64,000 bases of DNA from the human T2T-CHM13v2.0 reference genome, Homo sapiens, in the NCBI RefSeq assembly GCF_009914755.1, contig NC_060927.1, one strand, 5' to 3'. Position numbers and translations under genes: made by a program. This document shows, in pieces, positions 53,265-64,000 of this stretch. The number at the start of each line of letters is the position of its first letter. The stretch's first letter is position 1. The notes beneath the pieces are model-generated. The model saw nothing but the letters and a program-made list of their open reading frames with translations, ran no database searches and had not been told where the DNA came from.

Positions 53265-55538
53265 TATATTAGTCTATTCTCACACTGCTAGAAAGAACTG
53301 CCTGAGACTGGGTAATTTGTAAAGGAAAGAGGTTCAATTCACTCAGTTCCGCATGGCCTCAGGAAATTTACAACCATGGCAGAAGGCACGAGAGAAGCAA
53401 AGGCAGGTCTTACATGGCGGCAGGCAAGAGACAGTGAAGGAGGAAGAGCCCCTTATAAAACCATCAGATCTCATGAGAACTCACAATCATGAGACCAGCA
53501 TGGGGGAAACTGCTTCCACAATGCAATCACCTCCTACCAGGTCCCACCCTTGACACATGCAAATTATGGGGATTACCTTTCAATTGATGAGATTTGCGTG
53601 GAGACACAGAGCCAAACCATATCATTCTGCCCCTGGCCCCTCCCAAATATCATGTCTTTTCACATTTCAACATGCCTTCCCAACAGTCGCCCAGAATCTT
53701 AACCCATTTTGGCATTAGCTCAAAAGTCCACAGTCCAAAGTCTCATCTGAGACAAGGCAAGTCCCTTCTACCTATGAGCCTGTAAAATAAAAAGCAAGTT
53801 AGTTAATTCCAAGTTGCAGTGGGAGTACAGGCACTGGGTCAATGTTCCTATTCCAAATGGGAGAAATTGGCCAAAACAAAGGGGCTACAGGCCCCATGCC
53901 AGTCTGAAACCAGGCGGGGCAGTTATTAAATCTTAAAGCTCCGAAATCATCTTCTTTAACTCTATGTCTCAAGTTCAGGTCATGCTGATGCAGGAGGTGG
54001 GCTCCCACTGTCTGGGGCAGTTCTGCCCCTCTGGCTTTGCAGGCTACAGCTCCCCTCCCAACTGCTTTCATGGCTGGAGTTGAGTGTCTGCTTTCATGGC
54101 ACACAGTGCAAGCTGTCAGTGGATCTACCATTCTGAAGTCTAGAGGACCATAGCCCTCTTCTCACAGCTCCATTAGGCAGTGTCCCAGTGGTGACTCTGT
54201 GTTGGGAGCTCCAACCCCCATTTCCCTTCCGCACTGCCCTAACAGAGGTTCTTCATGAGGGCTCTGCCCCTTCATCACACCTCTTGCCTGGACATCCAGG
54301 CATTTCCGTACATCTACTGAAATCTAGGCAGAGGTTCCCAAACCTTCATTTTTGTCTTCTGCACACCCACAGGACGAACACCATGTGGAAGCTGCCAAGG
54401 CTTGGGGCTTACACCTTCCGAAGCAACAGCTTGAGCTATACCTTGGCCCCTTTTAGCTACAGCTGGAGTGGCTGGGACGCAGGGCACCAAGTCCCTAGGC
54501 TGTACACAGCAGGGAGCCCAGTGCCTTGTCCAAGAAACCGTTTTTCCCTCCTAGACCTCTGGGCCTGTGATGGGAGGGGCTGCCGCCAAGATCTCTGTCA
54601 TGCCCTGAAGACGTTTTCCCCATTGTCCTGGCTCCTCCTTACTTCTGCAAATTTCTGCAGCTGGCTTGAATTTCTCCCCAGAAAATGGGTTTTTCTTTTC
54701 TACAGCATCATCAGGCTGCAAATTTTTCAAACCTTTTTGCTCTGCTTCCCTTTTAAACATAATTTCTAATTTCAGATCATCACACTCAAGTTTAAAGTTC
54801 CACAGATCTCTAGGGCAGGGGCAAAATTCTGCTAGTCTCTTTGCTAAAGCATAGCAAGAGTGACCTTTGCTTCAGTTCTCGATAAGTTCCTCATCTCCAT
54901 CTGACCTGGACTTCATTGTCCAAATCATTATTAGCATTTTGGCCAAAACCATTCAACAAGTCTCTAGGAAGTTCCAGAGTTTCCCACATCTTTCTTCTGA
55001 GTCCTCCAAGTCTCTAGTAAGTTCCAAACTTTCTGACATCTTCCTGTTTTCTTCTGAGCCCTCCAAACTGTTCCAGCTCTATCTGTTACCCAATTACAAA
55101 GTTGCTTCCACATTTTCGGGTATCTTTATAGCAGTACCCCACTCTCTGCAGTACCAATTTACTGCATTAGTCTGTTCTCACATTGTTATAAAGAACTACC
55201 CAAGACTGGGTGATTTATAAAGGAGAGAGGTTTAATGGACTCACAGTTCTGTATGGCTTGGGAGGCAACAGGAAACTTAAAATCATGGTGGAAGGGGAGA
55301 GAGAAGCAAAGGTATATCTTACATGGCAGCAAGCAAGAGAGAGTGAATGAGCAAAGGAGGAAAATCCCCTTATAAAACGATCAGATCTCGTGAGAATCAT
55401 TCACTATCACGAAAACAGCATGAGGGAACTGCTCCCATGATCCAGTCACCTCCCAATCACCACCCTTAACACTTGGGAATTATGGGGATTACAATTTGAG
55501 ATAAGATTTGGGTGGGGACACAGAACCAAACCATATCA
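53265..55538 (-). mobile_element. Full-length THE1D-type MaLR (LTRs 53265-53624 and 55163-55538), inserted in an older MLT1 LTR
   Basis: Both LTRs end ccaaaccatatca; THE1-int motifs in between; TSD cctgg/gctgg. Confidence 0.93.
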
Positions 55539-56464
55539 GCTGGTGATTTTGCAGCTCTTCAGATTCATAAATTACCCTTTGACGTAAGCTGATTTGGGTT
55601 GGATTTGTATGACTTAAAGTGAATACTGATTTATTAGACCAAGCAAAAAAGAGGAAAGAATACTGGATAAGGAAGGGAGTGGGGGTTTTATTTGTTTGTT
55701 TGTTTTCCTGAGCTCATCTTATGTCACTTTGGTTGTGTGCCTAACAGTTTCACTCCCTTGTAATACATCAGACTTCCAGTCAAGAACCATTTGGCATACC
55801 CCTACCCAGGCACATAGAGCTCTCACTAAATTATAAACCCGAAGCTGTTAATTCTTCTCAAAGCTGATCTCTCCTTACAGAGTTATGGAAGGGAAATGGA
55901 GGTGAAATCACATCCTCAGGCTTAATTCCCTCTTTCAAGATTGCCTGTGGTCCCTCCTGGATGATGCTTTCTTTTCCAGCATCACTTCCCTGTTCCTATC
56001 CTCCCCCAGGCTTGCAGACCAACTGTAACAATCTAATCACCCATCCTGGAACTTTTCATGTGCCTTTTCTTTTTTTTTTTTTTTTTTCATGACTGTTTAC
56101 ATTGCCTCTCTCTTTGGCCTCCTCTTACTGTCCTTGTCTACTGTGTTTATTACAGTTTGCACAATGCTCAACTCAAGTATCACTAAGTTAAGCCTCTTTC
56201 AATACTATTGAGGCATAAAGAATGGCTCCGTCACCTGTACATACTCTCATTGTACTTGTTTCCATGCCACTGATATAATATCTGTCATGAGAATGACCAT
56301 CTCTCTTGCTTTTCCCAGGACAGGGGGGTTCCCAGGATGCTGGATATTCATTTTTAAAACCAGGAAAGTCTTGATCAAGCCAGGAGAAATTTGTTGCCTT
56401 GCCTTCTACATTGTAATAGCTCTCATTTAACATGCCACTCGGTGCAATGGAATTTCATTGAGAC

Positions 56465-56670
56465 AGTGGATAACAGCTTGAAATTTGGAGGCAAAATTCT
56501 TACCAATCCTAGATCCATTTTGTACTAGTTGTGTGATTGTGAGCAAGTGACCTAACTTTTCTAGGTTACAGTTTCATCATCTGTGTAGTGGAATAGTATG
56601 TGTTTTGTAGGGTTGTTAGCTAATTAAAAGACATCATAAATTAAATCACTTCGTTTAGTGATGGACACAT
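56465..56670 (+). mobile_element. MIR
   Basis: actagttgtgtgattgtgagcaagtgacctaac...cagtttcatcatctgtg. Confidence 0.7.
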
Positions 56671-58034
56671 CTATAACATTGTCTAAAGCACACGAGTTTT
56701 GTGAAGATTATGTAGAGTACTACATGCAAAGTACAAGCAGGACAGTGCCCAAATCCTAGTAAGCATCCAGTACACAGCTTTTGTTATGGATTGTTGTTAT
56801 TCACTTTTAAGTATCTCTTGCCTAAAACATAGTAGATGCCAAAAATACAATTACACTCAGAGAATACATGTTCATGGAGCATAAACAATGTTACTCAGAG
56901 TTTGTGATAAGTGGGGCAAGCAAGTCAGTGAGAGTGATTAGGAAATATTTTCGATAATTACTTGGTCTTTGAAACTTGAAAAAGCTGGAATTGACTGCAG
57001 GATTAGTTCCTTTTTAGAAACAGTTTGTTTTTTCTTGCATATTTAAACCAGACTTCACAAATTTTCATAGTTCGGAAAGAGAAAATATTTTCCATGTTTA
57101 GGCAAGGTCAGTATTGGTGCATAACCCCTAAGTACATATTTTCATTATTTTTATTAATGAAATAAAAGTGGCGCATTTGGGGGACCAAAATGCAAATATT
57201 TTGTCTTTCTTTTGGTTCATAAGAAAGTGAAGGTTAGGGCAGTAGAATCACTACTCCATTATTAATCATTATTCCATAATGATCTTGAGTTAAAAAAATC
57301 ATAAGATTTGTTGTTGTTGTTGTTAACCACAGTGACATATCCTCTCTACCTTTGGGCTGAACTTTTGTATATAAAAATACTTTGTAACTTGCACACTTGT
57401 ATTAATATAAATCTTGAGTGTCCATGTTGCCTATGCCTTTCAGTTTTGTCATGGAAATTTCCAGTGAGGACAGGTGTTGCATGTGTGCTTATGCTGAGAT
57501 GGGTCCAGTCTGGACAAGAAGACAATCAAACAAAACAATGATATGACTCAAATCACCAAGTATGTTTTGTAAGATTTGATTCTAGGCACATTGTCATCAT
57601 TTTGAGTTGTGCAAATTTGTATTGTTATCCATATTATGATGGGTCTTCAACTATTAATTATAAATACGAATTTTTTTGTCTTTAGTCACTCATTTGATTA
57701 GCTATTAGCTAGATATTGATTCTAGACTCCTTACAGATTAGTGAATTAATTGGGAGTCCAAGCATTATTTTTAGTGTATTTAATTGGGTGAATGACAGCT
57801 TTATAGAGAAAGTGATTACTTAAGTTGCATATCTAATTCTTAGTAAAAAATTATAGTACAAACAAGGTCATCTAGAATTCTTGGATCTAAGTAATGGTAA
57901 ATTAAGAGTTGCTTTTAATATAATAGTATCTTTTAAAAATGGATATCCCTGTAAAATGTCTTCATTTTCTGCTTAAGCAGGTGACTAAAGATAATTTACT
58001 TCTTGATGACACGGGATCACCATGATAAACATAG

Positions 58035-58275
58035 TTTGGTGGTTTAGAATAGAGTATGGGCCTTGGAATCAGACAGACCTGGTTTGAATCCTTGTTTTGT
58101 CTCTTACTAGCTGTGTGATCTCAAACACATTCTTACTTTTCCCAAGGCAGTTTTTAAAATCTGTAAAGTGAAGTTGATCCTGCCTGTCTTACAGATAGGC
58201 TGTGAACATTAATGGTATGCATTGAAGACTTTAGGACAGTGTGCATGGCACATTGTAAGCATTAGGTAAATGAAC
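58035..58275 (+). mobile_element. MIR
   Basis: ggccttggaatcagacagacctggtttgaatcc...cttactagctgtgtgatct. Confidence 0.8.
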
Positions 58276-61200
58276 CGTATACTACAATCTTTACAACTTA
58301 TACAGAACGTAGTATACTTAAATGTTTTATATATTTGTTGTTCATTGTTTCAACATTCTTTGCCACATTCCTGTGACACTGGGGGATGCAACAGGATCCC
58401 ATCCAGTGCAGCTGAAGTGTTGAGACCGACACTGGTGACCTCCATCTGCTTTCTGCTGCCTTTCAGATTGTCATATTATAATCTTTCGCTTTGGTGAACT
58501 AGCCTTTTCCACTTGCTGTTTTCCACCATTTGTGAACTGGAAAAATAAAATACACAAGCTGTTCAAACATTCTTAGTAAGAGTAAACAGATTCGGAGTGA
58601 GACTGTGAAGGGGCCTGTTTCTCCCCTCCCCGCCTTTTTTTTGGTTGTTGTTGTGAGAGAGTAATGGTATGGGTGTTTCACATCCATTTTCACTGTTCTC
58701 AGCTTTACCTCTCTACTTCCTGGCTGAGGTACTGAGAGTAAGATATCACTATACCATAGTGGAAATAGAAAATAACCTGCTTTGATAATATTGTGACATG
58801 TATTTGTGATATGCTTGGCAGTAGCATCATGTTAGTGAAAATTCCTGTGTTACAGTGTGGAATGTTGGCTATCTTACCTGTAGTACAATAAACTTCATTC
58901 AAAATCCTGTGCTTAGAATACAGCATGATCTTTATGGTATAAAGAGGTTTTCTTTTCTATTTTTTTCCAGCACATTTCAAGGTCTTACCAGTTACTAGAG
59001 TCTAACTCAAAAGCCTTAGTATTTACCCTTTATTTTCTTTTTTAAATCCAGTGGTCAGAATTCCCGATACCAAAACAATTATGGATACTATTAAGGTGGC
59101 TGTAATGCGTATATACGCACTGTGAGTTCATTGAGAATTCATAGTTCTGTTAATTCTACTCAATTCTTATAATAATTGAAATTCACCAGCATATTGTTGT
59201 TTATAGTATGTGGTGTAAGTGAAATTAATACTTTTCTTTTAAACATTAGTATTTTCAGAGAAGAACCTTTTCCTGTTCTTCTGAATTAATGAATTGTTAC
59301 AAATTTTTGTAGGTTTCTTATAATGTGGCTACTTAAATCAACATATTAAGGTAAACTCTTAAGAAAAGAAACATAATATAATGTACTCCCCAAAATAATG
59401 AATCCCATGTTTTAGGTTGGTATTTAGTCTCCACAGCTGGAAAACACTATTTTATGTGATGTATAGGAAAGGCTGGAGGCAGACTTGGTGATTTAGAATG
59501 ACTCAGTGATTCATATCCTGTCTCTACTACTTATGTATTTAGTATATATACAAATATATATTAAAGTTAGTATGTAACATCAGACCAAGTCATTTAACCT
59601 TTTTTAGCTTCATTTTTCTCTTGTATATAATGGAGGAATTCCTGTAGGGTTGTGAAGACTAAAGTTACTTAATTGTATATACACATAGCCTTGTGCCAGG
59701 AATATAATTAGACCATCCCTAAAAATGCTGTTTATCATGATTTTACCCTTTCAATGCATTTATTCAATATGATGCTTGTGTTGTAGATGAAATATGTGGA
59801 TGTTATGATTTACAAACTTGAAATTTCATTATTTTAAAATACTCTGTAAAGTGATTTATGTTTGCTCATATGCTTTTATCTATGGGATAGACAATGCAAT
59901 CCTCTCTGTGTGGAGACAGAGGAAGGCAACATTTCCATAGTGTGTTGTTTTATGGTTGACTATTACTGCGAGCCACTGTATCAGAACTGAGATGAGATTA
60001 GCACTATTTGAGATTTTATTTTGGAGAAATGGTTTTGGCTATGGTCAAGAATCTTATTTATTAGAAAGAATGAATTACTGAATAGGCTCTCATCTGTATT
60101 CTTTCTACTTCAGCTATAGCCCATCTTGCCATCCTGTAAAAGAAATGCTGACAGTGACAGAGGAGAAATATAAAAATGTTTCCAGTTGCTTTCAGTCAAA
60201 TGTGATTGAAATTTTATAAAAGATTTACACATTTTTTATTTGTAATACTGACAGTACTGGGAAATGAATTTCTGTTTACTCCAGAGAATAGCAGTCACTT
60301 TATAGGTGCTTTGAATTTTAAAACTTAGCAAGCATAACAATAATGACTGGTGTATTATTAACATGCATGTAAAAGGAGTTTAACATATCTGAAGAGAAAC
60401 TGGTTAATGTTATTTTACTTCCTATGTGTTTTTACAGCCTTTCAAGAATGAAACATTGGTAGTAAGTTTGTTTTGAATGTTTCTCTATTTCATCTTTGTA
60501 TGTTGGTTTACTACCTATTGTATGGGATTCAAAGAATGTTTATATCAAAAACTGTTTTGTTTAGAGCTTATCATTAAACCTCATTACTTAGATGTTTTAA
60601 TTACTTTTATATGTTTCTTTCTGTATTTCTAACACATACAATGAGAATTTACTGTTTTCCATTGTGTTTTACATTTTTTTCTTCTGGTAAGTTACTAAGC
60701 TAACTCACATCAGTATCTTAATTCCTGGAGAGAGACCCCCATCCATTTATGTATATCCTATAGATCTGATTATGGCCTTGTTATGGAAATTGGCCTGACT
60801 ACAGGCTTCTAGTCATTCATGCCCTAGTATTCTCCCCTGTTAGGTAATTTCCAAGATGCACCCTCTACTATAGTTTCTAAGTAATTCTTCTGAGCACCAG
60901 ACCAAGTATTCATGGAAGGCCTAAAATATATACTTTCAATGGAAAGGATGGTAGAAATTCAGCCAATTCTGCTTTCTTGGGCTTTTAGATATTAAAAAGA
61001 GCTATAGAAATATAATTACACTGATGGATTTCACTGCTCTCAATTGCCTGAATTATCAGGGTTGAGCAACTGAAGCGGGTGGAAGGGCTGTTTCCCTTAT
61101 ATCTGAATATAACATAATAAATTGTCCATCAATAGGGACTATTTGAGTTTGATATTGATCTTTGATGTTATGTATGCTGCATTTCATTGATTAAAAGCAT

Positions 61201-62076
61201 GCATTCTAGTTGGGTCTAGATATACAGTCTAAGTACATGATCTATAGTTCAGAATAGAGTATCATTTATATAGAAATTTGCCCATGGCCGTGTTGTAATT
61301 GTAGCCCATTGATTGGCATCTCCAAGGAGCTTGTGAGAAATGCAGAAATTTTTTCCTCACGCAGATGCACTGTATCAGAATTTTCATTTTATCAGTTGAT
61401 TTTTATTAAAGATTGATAGACATTGATTTGCATTGTATTCTTAACTAACTGAAACAACTGGTTCCCTGCTACGAAGCCTAAATGTCAAGCATATACACAA
61501 CCTGCTTAATTGTATAGTAAGGACCCAATACTATAGGATGAAGGATAGGTACAGTTGAGTTTGGCCAAATGATGATCAGAGTCTATATAGTTTAAGGCGC
61601 AGATACACAAATTTTCAAAAATATGGGTAGAATATAGTCAATATGAATGGAATAGACAATGCTTTGAAAATCACTGGAGGGAGGCTTTATTGTTTGTGAA
61701 AACATGTTGTCATCACTTTTTGCTTTAAGCCCTTGGTGGTGAAATAACTCAAACCATTCTTCCTTATGCTGAAGATCGAGAACCCCAAGTATCACATCTA
61801 CCATCCCACTCATCAATGTGATTGGTCAGTCTTTGCTGAGGTCCTGCATAGCCAGTTTTAAAGTTAGAGTTCTTGCATATACATATGAAAAGGCATGTTA
61901 CTTGTGCTTTCAAAGAGCTTTTTGCTTGGTGTAAAAAGAAAACTCAAATTACAGTGTGATGTGGAATATAATGGTGGTAGTTTCATCGAGATGATGGGAA
62001 AGAATTGATAAGATAAAGTAGAAAGATGAGCAGAATTTTCAGATTGGGTTTGGAAAGAGCACTTAAGAAAGAGGGT

Positions 62077-62382
62077 GGCCAGGTGGTGGCTCACACCTGT
62101 AATCCCAGGACTTTGTGAGGCCGAAGTGGGCAGATCACTTGAGCTCAGGAGTTTGAGACCAGCCTGGTCAACATGGCAAAACCCCATCTCAAAAAAAAAC
62201 AAAAAAATACAAAAACTAGCTGGCGTGTTGGTGCCCACCTGCAGTCCTAGCTACTCGGGAGGCTGAGTTGGTAGGATCACTTGAGCTAGGGAAGTTGAGG
62301 CTACAGTGTGCTGTGATCCTGTCACTGCACTCCAGTCTGGATGACAGAGCAAGACCTTGTCTCAAAAAATAAATAAATAAAA
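62077..62382 (+). mobile_element. AluJb-like
   Basis: TSD ttaagaaagagggt at 62063-62076 and 62383-62396. Confidence 0.95.
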
Positions 62383-64000
62383 TTAAGAAAGAGGGTATAG
62401 TATGTACAATGGCCATGGGCTTATGAGGAAAAATGGCAAGTTTGGAGAATGCCAAAGGTATGAGTGGACGCTAGGGGTATGGGAAGGTGGCAATAGGGCC
62501 TTCATTTACACAGTTTCATAGACTAGAATGTGAATGTTATCCCCAGAGTTGGACCACCAACAAGCAGTGACTGTGATTGTTGCATCATGGCTTTGTGCAA
62601 AGTAGCATCTCTAGCGAATGGGACAAATTGGGGAATATGAGGGAATTGGGAGATATTCTTTATGCTGTAGAAAGCCACTGCAAGATTTATATGACAAGGT
62701 ATACAGTGCTGATCTGCTGACCAATATATTTTCTGGCATCATTCCGTGTTTCTCTCTTGTGAGTGAGGTGCATTCCTTTGCTAATAACATTTGCTGTCCT
62801 CAGACATTATTAAAGGAAATTTAATGCTGTTTGACAACATTTCAAGTAGTAGCCATTGATATTGTCATGGACATTTATTGTTAATCACAGGAACAAGTTT
62901 CCTTTTCTAACAGCAAAATCTCTTCCACTGTTTGCAGTCTTGTGTGATGATGAAACCTCAGCCCACCCTCCTAATAGGCAGTGGACCATGAGGCCTCTCT
63001 GATGAGCCTTCAGCCAGGCTCTTCTCCTTGCTCCAGTACATCATGCAGGCATGTGACCTAAGTTGCAATGATCAGACCCTCTCCTCATACGTAGAATCTT
63101 GGGCTTAGTAACATAAGGATGAAGAAATGGTTAGTAGATGTATGCTTTTTACTGTGTCAGTGTCCTGGCCCCACTGAACATGGTGTGTGGTCCAATATTA
63201 ATGGTATCTCTACTGGGGGTTTTGGAGCTGCTTTGTCCTCTAGTTCTTCCTTCTATTCCATGCGCTCTCCATATCCTTTTGATAGTCTCCTTTTCCCAAA
63301 GTTGGTTATTCTTTCTTGGAACCAAGGAACTATAAAGAGAAATGGAGGTTCTTCCAGGTAACCCTGTTTATCCTCTTAGCTTTCTGTTAGGGACATCCAC
63401 AGCACGAGACACACAAGTTAGCTTTTCAGGGTGCCTCTTGAGGCCTGTCCAGGAATTTGGAAAATTCATCCTCTTAAACAGCCCATGGCATTTTCCACAG
63501 TTTATGGTAAGTACTCTTATCTCAGTATTCTGCAGAATGCAGAAAGGTACCTTGTAAACTTGGGGTATAAATCTCTCTATTGGTTTTCAAGTTGTGGTGT
63601 ATAGCTTTATTCAAAGGGAATTCTAACATTTCATACAACCGCAGCTGCCATGTTATTTCTTTTAAAAGCTTGTGCCTTCTCTGAATAATTCATATTGTCC
63701 AGTGCCTTCAGATTGTTTCATAAGATCAACACCTAAAAAGTCCTTTCTTGTTCTAGCTAATACTTAAAGACTCTTTTGCAAATGTGTTTCTAGAAATTGT
63801 TATCACAGTTAGGGTGGGCATTTAGCTTTTTGTGCCTAGCCTGTAAACTTGGTCTTATTAACTTTGGGAACCATGAGTCTTGGTATTTATGCAGTGAGAC
63901 TTAAATCTTTCTCGAAGGTGCTTTATAGTAACCTGCATGTAAAGCCTCTAACTTGGGCCTGGCACTCATCATTGGGTTGGACCCCAATCCTGATGATCTT

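Noticed and set aside
54955-55070. Internal duplication in THE1-int
   Set aside because: As I recall, present in other THE1D-int copies, so probably not locus-specific
59106-59119. 14-bp palindrome tgcgtatatacgca
   Set aside because: Expected by chance in 64 kb
59499-59513. AP-1 site with an adjacent variant
   Set aside because: A 7-mer at background frequency, with no other support
62995-63030. ctgatga followed by a short stem (hammerhead-like start)
   Set aside because: No GAAA after the stem and no stems I/III
63391-63506. Possible exon ending ATG|gtaagt
   Set aside because: Ambiguous acceptor next to degenerate LTR-like sequence

Overview
Primate (most likely human) genomic DNA: AluJ/AluS, L1PA3, THE1, LTR12C and a 7SK retrocopy are present. 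About 1-43 kb is a transposon-dense intergenic block: old L1M/L2/MIR/MER5, MaLR LTRs, a two-LTR MLT1H-type provirus holding an LTR12C and an Alu, an ERV1 solo LTR, and a 5'-inverted L1PA3. At ~46.2-48.0 kb is a CpG-island promoter of a + strand gene with several apparently non-coding 5' exons, followed by intron to the window end, which contains a full-length antisense THE1D. I cannot name the gene and see no supportable host coding exon; the ORF track is repeat-derived or chance. The most unusual features are an old local copy of an LTR 3' half plus its flank inserted ~2 kb upstream between direct repeats, an LTR12C with a triplicated 163-bp CCAAT module pointing at the gene, a (GGAA)14 Alu tail, a tailless 7SK retrocopy, a perfect DUX4 motif in a THE1D, and uORF-bearing leader exons. 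I see no convincing new biological system. Repeat subfamily names come from recalled consensus sequences, not a RepeatMasker run.
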